Position numbers and translations under genes: made by a program. Positions 40,507-64,000 of a stretch of 64,000 nt of DNA are shown piece by piece (positions within the stretch are counted from its first letter, which is position 1; every line of letters starts with the position of its first letter). Below the pieces are notes generated by a model. It was not told the origin of the DNA. It made no database searches and worked only from the letters and a program-made list of their open reading frames with translations. Origin of the DNA: Flaccisagitta enflata (lineage: Eukaryota); assembly GCA_965153355.1 (NCBI GenBank), contig OZ231126.1:36332001-36396000 (forward strand), in the 5' to 3' direction.

Positions 40507-42507
40507 GTGTCCTGGATGTAGAATATTTTGTTTTGGAATCTTGTCCAAGACACGGTAAAGAGCAAAACGTATCCACCGATAATTTCCTACTGTTTTGCTG
40601 CCATTTTGAGACCGTACGGGTCAAGATTTCTTATGCAAAAATCGAGGGCGCTTTGATCTTTGGTTTTTCGTTTACGAGCCAAAGCAGAACTTCAAGCTCT
40701 ATCCATTGGCGCCACTGCTTGGATTTTTAGTCGCGTGCACGCGACTCTACAACCCGCTTTGTCGGTCCGTCGGTCCGTCCGTCGGTCCGTCCGTCACACT
40801 TTACTTTTTTGTACTATAACGTTAACTCTTAGGTCATTTTAAGTTGTTTTAAGTCATTTATAATTATTCTAAGTCATTTTGAGTCATTCTAAGTCATTTT
40901 AAGTCATTTTAAGTCAATTTAAGTTAAATTAAGTCATTTTTGGTCATTAGGGTTTTTAGTCATTTTATGTCAATTTTGGTCATTTTAGGTCATTCTGAGT
41001 CATTGAAAGTCATTCTAAGTCATTCTAAGTCATTCTTTGTCTGTAAGTCTCGCACGCGACTTATAGGTGTTGGCCTTGTTGAAGCTGGCGCGGCGTTTGG
41101 GCGTAACGGCGTTATCTTACACGCAGTTAAATTTGATTTCAGCGCAAAATCGCAACTATTCCGTGCTACAAGCAATACTTTTTCAAACCCTACCAAGGGG
41201 TTTAATCTCACAGCTTTACACTACAGATCACCATCATCACCTAGTGGGCCAGGCCACTGACAGGGTTATAACTGTCTGGAATGTCTGGATGTTAGAACAA
41301 AAGGACGGACCAACAGACGGTCTGACAAAGCGGGTAATGTAGTACCACATGACTACAGAAGTAAAATATCTAAGGCATAACTGCGTGACTTAATTGGGTG
41401 TAAATTCAATTGAGGCAAAATTTTACCAACGAGGTCAAGCTTTTAATGGTGCGAAAAAAGTCATCAATTACTTGAGGGCATGTGTCCAACGTAAACAAAT
41501 CAATAAGCAACGATACGAAAGCATTAAATGGAGAAAAATCAAATATAAAAAAAGAATAGGGGTCCGCGACGGCGAAGTCAAACAACATTGTTAAATCGCA
41601 TTATTAGGTTAACTTAAATTCTTTTAAAATCAAAATATATATAGAATTATTCTATTTTAGGTTTCCATACCATTTTATTTTAAGTGAATAAATACCACCA
41701 CAATAAAGGCAGTATTTGCTTTTAAAAAAATCAATTGTGCATTCTTTTTATTAATTTGTTTCCCCCCCTTACCTTTTTTATTATAAATTCAAGATAAATG
41801 ATTCAACCCCTTCAATTTTGTCTTTTATAGCCCTTCCATTTCTATTTTTTTGTTGTCCACATTTTTTACTTAAACTGAAGAGTATTAGGTAGCTAGCCAG
41901 TTAGCAACTTAAAATTTTCCTTTAACAAACAATTGTTAATTCTTTTTTTTTTTTAGTCTCAGAACCAAGTTTCAATCAAAGATTGTGAAAGTTTTAAACA
42001 TTTTTCAATAATAAACCAATAATCGTAATATATTTTGACAATTTAACATACTGAAATCTTTATAAATCACATGCATATGTTTTTTCAATTTCAATCCAAA
42101 ATTCAACTAAATTGGTTAAAAATAGATCCCTGTTTTCATTTTTAAACTGATTCCATATGGGTAATCACATTATAACACCTGCATAAGCCTTACTCTAAAA
42201 CAACTTCTCTCTACATATAACACAAATCAGTCAAAGTTTTTAAAAATAAATCCATTTTTAAAATTGCGAGCGACAACGACAACACCCACCTGCCTTGAAT
42301 TATAGTCCGCGTCGGAATGATATTCCGTCGCGCACAAAAAAAAACAAACGAGGACTAGTAATGAGCCTGACATCAATAAGACAATAATCCGTGAGACCAA
42401 AATAAGCACCTTTAACCACAGAGGAGCCAAACAGAATTGTTCAATTTAATACAATGCATTAAAGTAATATAATACCCCCCAAATAAGTTAGTTCAGCGCG
42501 GTTCCTT

Positions 42508-45004
42508 CTAATCGTTGGGATGTTCCGGGCAAGAGCGATTAACTTCAAACCACTTATCGATGCAACTGAGAGAAAAAAAGTACTTTAAGTAATGATGTGA
42601 AAGAATATTACATTAATCCTGTAAATACGTTATCAAACCAGGAGAAAACCGGCCGCGAGCCTATTTTGACAAGAACTGATAGATACCATGAATTTCTTCT
42701 TTTTTTTTTCAATTTTGCATTACCCCCGTATACGTGAATTTCCCCATTCAAGAGTAATTGTCTTGAACTGAACTAGATAGAGGTGCTAGGGATAAAGTAA
42801 AGCGAGTCCATACCTTTTATGATAAATGCAAAGACAAGGCAAACGAGCAATATTATCTCCGGATTCCATATCTTCAAAACATATTATGCATTCGCCGGCT
42901 GAGCTGGACAGAATATCCTCTGAAAGGAAAAGACCAAGTTGAATGAGGGCCGCAAGGTTTTTTCTTCGCATACGCCAGGCTGAATGATTTTTTTACACGG
43001 CTACATAAATGATTCCAACTAAACAAATTCCATGGGACTTACAGTACAATCATCAATCATCATCATCATCACCATCATCATTTCAGTCCAAAAGAGCGAT
43101 CAGCTTTTGTGAAACTTGGACAACATTATTACTCAACATTAAGTAAGGACAAGAGCTTTTGAACTACTTACCGTTATAACTTATCCTCGGTTTAGTTAGG
43201 CACATGATGAGATGACATTCTATTTCGTCGGGCAGGACAAATTTAGAGCAAACGGGGCATTTGATACCTAGAAGAGTAATTTAAGATCGTGAGTTCTGGG
43301 TCGAACTACACTCTTTTCTTTGACAAAGAACCTTGTTTATAAGAACATTGAGGCTCAGATTTGAAAAAAAATAAGAACAATTATAGGAGCATCGTCGGCC
43401 TCACTATAGGGAGGATTATAAGAACATTCTTACTGATTTTGCTCTAGGTTAATGAGGGAACTGCTGTAAATAAAAAGAATTATGATAGTGTTATTATGGC
43501 TTACATCAATCAGTCTTACACTTTGTTTGTGATTGATATTTTTGTTCTCATATCCTTTTACACTCATTTGTTTTTATAAGAACATATATTTTTTTTCTGA
43601 GGCTCATTGTTCTTATTTTTAAGTCAATTTGAGGCTCAAATTGTTCTTATGATGTTCTTATTTTTCAATTCGCCAGCCAGAGCAAAAATGTCATACCCTC
43701 GAGTGATTTGTTGAAGTATGGTTAATTAAGCATAGCTCATGATTACTTTTGGTAAGCAGCTTGCTTATGGCCTAGATTAGATGGGATGTTTTCCAGATTG
43801 TGTTTTCTAGAAAACTAGGAGTGGTGCGCGTATTAACTAGTCAGGGTTCATCAAGCCCTTTTCCATCTATTTCAGTTTGAGTATAGCGAGGGATATTGAT
43901 CCACCTATCATAGAAGGGATTGTTCTTAGCGGTAACAAATGAGGTTCAGATGTTCTTAGATTCCCCCACATTTGAGGCTGACGATGTTCTTACGATTGTT
44001 CTTATTTTTTTCCTCATCTGAGCCTCAATGTTCTTATAAATAAGGTTCTTAGTCAAACATATGAGTGTAATTAGAATTAGATCATTCTTGTAAAAGCTGA
44101 CAATTAGAAAAAATAAGAACATCTTAAGAACAATGTGAGCCTCAAATCGCTTTAAAAATAAAAACATTGAGCCTCAGAAAAAAATAACATGTTCTTATAA
44201 GAAAAAAAGAGTGTAAAGACTACACTAGTGTAGTATTCAAAGTTTTCTGAGACAACATGACTTAGGATGTTGTGCCGCAAACATTGATCTTTTTCAAAAC
44301 TACCTAAGTACGGGTGTATATAAATAGGTCGCCTGCGAACACCCCCCCCCTCCCTCCCTCCTTCGGCCTTCCCTGCGACGGGTCGCGTTACATAATCCGT
44401 AGTACATACAGCAGAGACATCTTAGCTGTTGATCAGTCCGTTATGAAACCATTCACAGTTATATTTGCTGTGATCGGAAAATCAAAAAGGCCACGGACCG
44501 TGGCCCACAGTCATTCATAGAAAAAAATCTTTAGAATCAAGCTTATTCAAATGGCGATGTCAAAGCTCACGCCCTACCTGGTAGCGAGAGGAGGTGGACT
44601 GGTAATGACTGTGCGTGAAAGACTCTTCCTGGTGCAGGTAAGTTCGTATCCTCTGGAGTCGAAGATTCACTCGCAACCACGTCGGCATTCCCATAAGCGC
44701 CATCCTCATTCGGTATTTGTCCTGAAGTGTTTGTTAGTGTACTATGGGGTTGAACGTGGATGGGCAAAGGCAATCCCGGTCCTTGGGCTCCTGGAATGCC
44801 GACGGGATGCCCATTTTCGACGCCTGAATTTTGAGGGACGCTTCCCATACTCCTGGTTCGAGACCGGGCACCCGGAGGTTCGAGTAACGCGTTGTGGTTC
44901 GAGTCATTGTCAACGACGGCGGATGCTGAGGCACTTTCGAACTGTCCCGACTGCGGTGAGACGAGTCGGGGGCCACTAGTTTGTGCGCTTTGTTTCGCAC
45001 CCAT
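42508..45004 (-). CDS. ZNRF1: E3 ubiquitin ligase ZNRF1/ZNRF2 homolog, 4 coding exons, ~228 aa
   Basis: Exons 45004-44578, 43267-43172, 42919-42814 and 42565-42508; all GT-AG and in frame. N-terminal myristoylation motif MGAKQS; zinc finger GIKCPVCSKFVLPDEIECHLIMCLTKPRISYN; RING-H2 ECIICFEDMESGDNIARLPCLCIYHKSCIDKWFEVNRSCPEHPND. Likely a single invertebrate co-ortholog of ZNRF1/2. Confidence 0.93.
43309..44213. mobile_element. TA-flanked CACT...AGTG MITE(s) in ZNRF intron 1 (related: ~48074-48572, ~2989-3268)
   Basis: TA|CACTCTTTT...AAAAGAGTG|TA; rich in GTTCTTA/TAAGAAC and GAGGCTCA inverted motifs. Confidence 0.65.
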
Positions 45005-45403
45005 CACGTTTCACTCCGTAAATATTACGGATGCGTAAGAGGTGTTTCCATTAGAGTCATGTAATTAAAGATCCGCTTTTCCAGTTGGTATTTCAAACGT
45101 CAAAAACATCTTAAAAGGCCCAACCATGCAGTTTTTAAACTAAAGACGATCTTAATCATTCTTTTTTCCCTTGAAAATGTATTGATAGTAATGATAGTGT
45201 AATGGAGTATTCTGGCCTCCTTTTAAAAAGGCATTGATAGGCATCGTTGTTCCAACTATCATACGTCAACGCTGTTGAACTAGAGACTCTCTATATTCTC
45301 TTTGTTTTCTCTCTTTGTTTTCTCTCTTTGTTTTCTCTCTTTATTTTCTCTCTTAATTCTCTCTTGATCTCTAATCACTTTTTTGGTTCTCTCTCCATCA
45401 CCT

Positions 45404-45510
45404 CTTTTTAGTCGCGGACGAGCGACTCTATAAGAGGCTTTGTCCGTCCGTCTGACCGTCCGTCCGTCCTTCGGTCCGTTGGTGAGCACGAGTCGAAAAG
45501 TGGAAAAACC
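45404..45510 (+). mobile_element. HINE-like short element (other copies ~8391-8581, 10292-10481, 24163-24387, 34046-34219, 40724-41080, 55130-55330(-), 56083-56226(-))
   Basis: Shared termini TTTTAGT(C/T)GCG...CTCTA and GGCCTTGTT plus a (GTCC)n microsatellite core, as described for DINE-1/HINE elements. Confidence 0.7.
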
Positions 45511-46151
45511 AGCGTTTCCGCCCCTGCCCACCCATCCGCGACTGGTATTGGCCGTGTATCCGGCCTTGTTTTTATCTTATTCTCTCTATCTTCTCTTTTC
45601 TTCTCTTTCTCCATCTTCTTTTTTTTTTTCGCCCTCTCTCCATCTTCTCTCTTTTTTTCCACTCTCTCCATCTTCTCTTTTTTTTTCCTCTCTCTACATC
45701 TTCTTTTTTTTTCTCTCTCTCCATCTTTTCCTCCATCTTCTCTTTTTTTTCCCTTTATCCTCTCTTTTTAGTCAGATGCTGCGCAACTCAATAATCCACT
45801 AAGTTGGTCGGTTGATCGATTATACTTTGCATTTTCGGCATTTACAAGCGGTTTTTACATTACTGCCCCTGCCCCATTTCTTAATGGGCCCTTTTTACCA
45901 CTGCCCCTGCCCACCCGGACGCGATTCTTCCCCTCTTTCCTCCTAACGCCCTTTTCCTCTCTCTCTCTCTCTCTCTGAAGAAGACAGAGAAGAGGCCGAG
46001 GAGCTGTCATTTTTTTGGCGACGAGTAGAGAAGAGAAACTGTCACTTTCTTTGTAGCAACAATTGACCAAATCAACTATGTGAACATTACTTAATACGCA
46101 CATTTTGATACGGTAACTCTGTAGAGTAGAGTAACACTAAAGAGACGATGG

Positions 46152-46163
46152 TGTGACGTCACA
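46152..46163. promoter_or_regulatory. Palindromic CRE (TGTGACGTCACA) in the ZNRF/Akt divergent intergenic region
   Basis: Perfect TGACGTCA at 46154-46161 within a 12-bp palindrome, in unique sequence between the two divergent start codons. Confidence 0.5.
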
Positions 46164-46696
46164 AATATTTACGTCTGAAAATTGTTTTTGTTTCATAAGT
46201 CACCGAATATAGAGGTCAATACGGTCTAGCAGTCACGCTTAAGTTTTTTCATCCAGTTGCTCTTTTGTCTGTAATCGTGGGTAGTTGACTCCTCCAGGAA
46301 AAAAAACGTAAATTATTTATTTTCTTTCAATATTTTCTCATTATTGTAGCGTTACGCGGCATAGGTCCATGGTGCGCACTTTGTTTATGCGTTGTAATAC
46401 TGTAATGGCGAGTAATTGAATTGAATTTGACCATTTTAGCCCTTTTGGGACCTACAGACGAAATTTGTTACCCCTCCGTTTTTGAGGCGCTTGGGACGAA
46501 GTACATACTGGGCGACAAAACGAGATCATGCACAACATGGTCTCCGCACCTTAACTGTCAAAATAATAATACTCCTGGAAGATAGTTTAAAACTGCTTTA
46601 CAACCTGAAGATGAATATTTGGGAAACATGATTTCGGGAGGGCTACATTCTTCATCAAGCTTAAGAACGCGTCGGCATTAATCTATCATCGTAACG

Positions 46697-54235
<7,539 letters not shown>

Positions 54236-56904
54236 CGGTACAAATTTACATAATTGCTGTTTTCATTGACTCTGTAATTTGACTAGTAGATGCTGTTACG
54301 AATGTAATGTCACAAAATGAATGCTTCATTCGGGTCAACTGATTTTGTTTTCTACCTGCGTCTATGGATTGATACTGGATGGGGTTTGCTGGTGCAATCA
54401 ATTCTCCTGGCAATAAAAGCCAAAATTGATAAAGATTTACGTTATTTTCAGGATTCTCAAAAAGGTTTTCCCCGAATTGTAATTATCGATTCCCGAAAAT
54501 AAAAACGTTCGTTTGATTGTTACCCTCAAATTTTTGTCAGAACTAGCACTTGATTAAACTGATGCATTTCATGCTACTTGCGCGACTCTTGTCAAATCAA
54601 TCTACACTCACACATTTTAAACTATATAAGGATCAATAAAAAAACGGATAAGGTTAGCAGCGCCCCCTGCAGGTCATGATCCCATTTTTTTTTTTAATTT
54701 TTTTTTTAATTGTTAGTTTATATTTAGTCGCGGACATGCGACTAGAACTAGCTGTGTCGGTTGGTTGGTTGGTCCGTCAATCAATCAGTATTTTTTTTTT
54801 TGGAATATGAGTTTTTACAATATTTTCCCTTTCCACCCTTACAAGACTGTGGGAGGAAAGTGTATACGGCCTTGTTAGACTACGCCTTTGTTCTTGAGAT
54901 ATTGCACGCAGTTTTTTGTTCATGAGAGCTGCACTTTTCTGGATACCTAGGGGTAATTTGCTGTTGTTGTTGCCGGGTGCTAGTGAAGATAGAGGGCGGA
55001 ATTAAGGTCAGATACACGGTTGGGCAGGGGCAGTAATGCAAAAATAGTTTGCAATTTAAAAATATTTTGGAAGAATGGAGGGATGGATAGTCGGACGCAC
55101 CGGCACGGCAAGATGAAGTCGCGTGTCCGCAACTTAACACGGCCAGATACACGGCTGCCCAAGTCGTGTGCGGGTGGGCAGGAGCAGTGCTGGAGAAGGT
55201 CACTTGGGCATCTGGGCAGGAGCCGTAAGCTCAAAAAGCTCAAAAACGCCGAAAAAATAAAAAGGGGACCAACCGACCGACCGACCGACCAACCGACGGA
55301 CCGACATAGCGGGGTGTAGAGTCGCGTAGCACAAGTAACCAGTCTTTCAATGAAACCTCACATGACCTTGTGAAGGTTGTATTGTAAGCTGTAGGGCTCT
55401 CTAGGCCAGGGAGAGGTGCTTCACCATTTAGGTGATTCTCACGTATTTCAAATGAGTGTGTATATATTATGGATGTTATCCTGGCTCATAGTCTAGCCAA
55501 ATTTGCTCTTTATTTAGTTAGTAAGGGTTAATGTTAGCAAATCATTAAGGTGTGTCCGTCCGTCGGTCTTTGGCACCTTGTTGCGACGATATTTGCATTT
55601 CCGCCTATATAGTTAAATAAACCATACCCCCCTGCCTATTTGCCTTAGACTGAAGTCAATTGTGTCCAACCTAGTTTTTCTCTCCAGGGATGTTCACCAT
55701 TTCAACAAAGTAGCTTGAACCATCAACCTTGAACTTTTTAAAATCTAATTAGCCAATGCTTGAGTGAATTTAGTTTCATAACTATAGCTTAAACAGTAAC
55801 TGTTAACCAAGAAGAAAAAAAGTTAAACCCCCAGAGCTGGATAGAAGAGAGAATTGCTGGATAGAAGGGAGAATTGCCTAAACCAACTATCCAAGTGAAG
55901 TCGGCTACACTATCAACAGAGCACACTGGCACAGAATGACCACCTAAATCAAGGGAATTACCTACCTCGGCTTTCACCACACCTAATCATTTTGCGCCCG
56001 GGGCCTGGATGTATAGAGTCGAGGGGCTTTGGATCTCTCTGCCCATCCCCCCCTCTTTGATATCCGTCCTCGGCTGGTCGAAACAAGGCCGGATACACGG
56101 CAGGACAGTCGCGGACGGTTGGGCAGGGGCAGAAATGCAAAAACCACTCGCGATTCAGAAATGTTATGAACGGACCGACGGACCGACCGACACAGCAAGG
56201 TCTAGAGTCGCGTGTCCGCGACTAAAATTGAAATTTCTACTCCATAGAGCATAACAACTGTCATAACAACTCTTGATTCCAAAACATTTATGACATGCCT
56301 TACTGAGAGGTTGAATATTACTCTAGAACCAGGTTTCTGTTGTGTATTGTGTGCCACAATAAATTGATAACATTCTCTCCAATTTCGGAAATGGTATTTC
56401 GTCCAGTTATTATCAAGTTCCTTACTATGTCTGCAGTGTTAATCTACATTTGAAATTTCTTATAGGTCACCACATCGAACTTTTCTTAGGGTCGCTGCGG
56501 ATTGCATTGCTCTTGTGTTTTAAAATTCTTCGATGAGGTCGACTGGTTGAATGGCACCATTTCAGTTCTCTCCTGATCCTGGTCTGATGATACACTGCGT
56601 CGCATTCCAGAAAAAGAATCTAATAAAAAAGCAACAATCGATGACACTACGCCCTGACTCTTGCATGCATACTTGACATAAGGATTCTTTTACCCTTTAG
56701 ACATTGAACGATGCATCTTTTAACGATGTCTCCCAAATTCGGGAGACGTAGATCTTAAAGGTGGCCGAATTAGTAAGGTCTCCCCTCGGCGACGGGTTTG
56801 GCCACGAAATCTCTTCGGGGCTTGCCTCAAATAAGGACAATCGTGTTGGCTTGGAATCGTTGGAAGAAGGCGGCGGAAACGAGGGTGGGATCGTCGCCGA
56901 CGAC

Positions 56905-61056
<4,152 letters not shown>

Positions 61057-62022
61057 GTAAGCATTTTGTCATAATTGGATTCGCTTTTCAGTCGCGTATT
61101 AGTTGGGGACAAAAACGCTACATAGAAGTTTTTGATCGACGGACCGTATGACCTGCCGAATATTACTTAATAGGGGCTCGTGCGCTGCACACTGGGGCGC
61201 TTGTTAGAAGCCCAAATTTTTTTGGACGTCTACGGAGCTCAAAATATCTTCCATTAACCACAGAAACCCCAAAATTTCAAGGAAAGTGATCACAGGTAAT
61301 TACCGGCGTTGCGCACCAAGGGTATTGGAATGTGAGGAGGTGCTAAAAAATGATTCAGCTGCGTAGGTGCACCTCCATTGCACTTGGGTCAGTATGGAAC
61401 TAATAGCCCATTTGTCGTATAGTCTATTTGATTTTGATGTGTGTCATCGTCCAACGATAAGAGATCATGTCTGTCGGTCGGCCGGTTGGTTGGTCTGTCC
61501 ATCGGGCAAACGTTAAAATCACGCAAAACCGACGATTCCGACGTCTTTTTCAATCTTTTTATTTCTCATGTCTTCCCTCTTTCATTCAGTTGTTCATTCA
61601 TTCATTCATTCATACATTCATTCATACATTCATTCATTCATTCATTCATTCATTCATAAATTCATTCATTCATAAAATTCAAAACGTTCATTGATCAATA
61701 ATGCTCATTGACATTTAGTCGACCTCAGTAAATCGGCTTGTGGAACCTGTGACTGCCCTTCCTTGGTGATGAAAGAACATGAATTTTTGGTCAAGGGTTC
61801 CTTGATATTATCAAATGGCTAAAAAGAAATGCAGAATGTTAAGAAAGATTCCAATTATTCAATGTGAGCGTTGATAGAATAATCATTTACTGCTTGGTGC
61901 TTGAACGATAAATGATGATTTATGTAGGGAAGAAAAGATAAATAAGTAAATTTGTAAGCATTACAAATATTCTATAAAAAATTACAATTGATGATCGGTT
62001 GGAATGGATAAAAGACAGCCCC

Positions 62023-63500
62023 ATATGGGTGTAAACCAGCAGAAATCCCAATTTTCACACTTCAAAATGATATCACTGTAGCCCTACTAGGAAATCCATT
62101 GAGATGTAAAAATTCCAGCTGCTGACTACTCAAACATTGTTCTTTCACTGAACCTAGTCAAATTTGTTCAATCTTTCCATTAACACCTCCATTTAGACCC
62201 AGAAAGTTTACACATACTGACTGACAAACCTCACACCGAGGCTAAAATCTTGCCTCACAACAATTGCAGGCCCTAAATCTTTTTAACACTATCAACAGAA
62301 TGGCCACAGACAGCAATTCTATGAATTTAAAGGAATTCCACGCGGCCACAGTAGAGCAATCTCATTTTATATCTTAAAATTGATAAAAATCAATGTTTTT
62401 GCATACTACTGACGTCTTAGAAATGAAGCTCTAGTCCATGTCCAAATCGTTTTTTGAGCGGGGTCATTTGTTTTTAAACCTAGAGAGGGAGTCACTACAG
62501 CCGTTTCAACATGATCTAAGATTTTGAGAGCAACGAATATAGAAAAAAGAACAATGAGAACTGAGACGTAAGGAAACGCCTTAATTTGAAGATGGCTTTC
62601 ACTCTTTAAACAGTTTTGAGATGTAGACTTTTTGTCAAAAAATGAAAAAAAATGTCATTTTTCAGAATTTTATTTCAATTTCTATCATAATCAAGCTATA
62701 AATCAAAGTAAAATACCTTAAAACAGTTTTTAAAAAAAAAAATTCATGTCACCTTGCCCCTTTAAACAGTTTTGAGATGTAGACTTTTTGTCAAAAAATG
62801 AAAAAAAATGTCATTTTTCAGAATTTTATTTCAATTTCTATCATAATCAAGCTATAAATCAAAATAAAATACCTTAAAACAGTTTTTAAAAAAAAAAATT
62901 CATGTCACCTTGCCCCTTATATGGGTGTAAACCAGCAGAAATCCCAATTTTCACACTTCAAAATGATATCACTGTAGCCCTACTAGGAAATCCATTGAGA
63001 TGTAAAAATTCCAGCTGCTGACTGCTCAAACATTGTTCTTTCACTGAACTTAGTCAAATTTGTTCAATCTTTCCATTAACACCTCCATTTAGACCCAGAA
63101 AGTTTACACATACTGACTGACAAACCTCACACCGAGGCTAAAATCTTGCCTCACAACGATTGCAGGCCCTAAATCTTTTTAACACTATCAACAGAATGGC
63201 CACAGACAGCAATTCTATGAGTTTAAAGGAATTCCACGCGGCCACAGTAGAGCAATCTCATTTTATATCTTAAAATTGATAAAAATCAATGTTTTTGCAT
63301 ACTACTGACGTCTTAGAAATGAAGCTCTAGTCCATGTCCAAATCGTTTTTTGAGCGGGGTCATTTGTTTTTAAACCTAGAGAGGGAGTCACTACAGCCGT
63401 TTCAACATGATCTAAGATTTTGAGAGCAACGAATATAGGAAAAAGAACAATGAGAACTGAGACGTAGGGAAACGCCTTAATTTGAAGATGGCTTTCACTC
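62023..63500. repeat. A-B-B-A direct duplication (A ~582 bp, B ~156 bp)
   Basis: A at 62023-62604 and 62919-63500; B at 62605-62760 and 62761-62916; all in the same orientation with few mismatches. Confidence 0.9.
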
Positions 63501-63585
63501 ATATGACCTAAGCAAAACCTCTAAAAGAAAATTCAGACACGCGCGATAAAAATATTTGAGGACGCGCACTCTCATCAACGCCTTC

Positions 63586-63871
63586 ACAGTCAGTGGACAT
63601 TTCCATATTTGTAGATATGTCAGCAGTTTGGCATATCTCAACCCCTTGAGATCACTCATTCTGGGATATTTCACATGCACATGCACATTTCAACATGTTG
63701 AGATCTCTCATGTCCAAGATTTATCTCAGTTGAATGAGAGATCTCAACGCGTTGAAATGTGCCAGAATGAGAGATCTCAACGGGTTGAAATATCTCAGAA
63801 TGAGTGATCTCAAGGGGTTGAGATATGCCAAACTGCTGACATATCTACAAATATCGAAATGTCCATAGACT
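63586..63871. mobile_element. Foldback inverted repeat with internal ~30-bp tandem units
   Basis: ~85-bp arms (GGACATTTC.ATATTTGTAGATATGTCAGCAGTTTGGCATATCTCAACCCCTTGAGATCACTCATTCTG) in inverted orientation. Confidence 0.75.
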
Positions 63872-64000
63872 GTTCAAGACCGACCAGGGAATTGACTTGG
63901 AGGAAAATCCGGAGGAAATCTTACTTCGTCTGGCGCTCACACCAAGAAGACAAAGTTGATGACCAACCTTGCAGATGCTCCTTTAGCCACACCGCCCAAC

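Noticed and set aside
40630-41211. Minus-strand ORF apparently split by a HINE insertion
   Set aside because: The frame across the empty site is ambiguous (T-run) and there is no recognisable homology; it may be ZNRF 3' UTR or intergenic DNA.
44551-44979. 142-aa plus-strand ORF
   Set aside because: Antisense shadow of GC-rich ZNRF exon 1; no independent evidence.
46560-46696. Possible non-AUG N-terminal extension of Akt (as in the Drosophila long isoform)
   Set aside because: In-frame TAA at 46679-46681, just upstream of the ATG.

Overview
Repeat-rich eukaryotic (invertebrate, probably arthropod) genomic DNA with GT-AG introns filled by microsatellites and non-autonomous DNA transposons. 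Six genes were reconstructed by hand with splice phases checked: (1-2) two tandem, two-exon type-II membrane TNF-superfamily ligands (1069-2273 and 15400-17534, +); (3) a four-exon secreted protein with one peritrophin-A/CBM14 chitin-binding domain and a possible GPI tail (26691-23281, -); (4) a ZNRF1/2-type myristoylated RING E3 ligase (45004-42508, -), head-to-head with (5) Akt/PKB (46697-54235, +); and (6) the 5' part of MFSD14/Hiat1 (from 56905, +; incomplete in this window). The most interesting biology is the divergent, Cys-rich TNF ligand pair (one carries a poly-Asn microsatellite inside the TNF domain) and the divergent pairing of Akt with a ZNRF E3 ligase, a known Akt regulator and substrate family in mammals. 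The remaining sequence holds Helentron/DINE-1-like (HINE) elements, MITEs with TA, 4-, 8- and 9-bp target duplications, a direct-repeat element resembling a non-autonomous Penelope/retrozyme, and two local duplications. Most ORFs in the supplied track are microsatellite artefacts. All homology calls come from motif recognition by eye; no searches were run.
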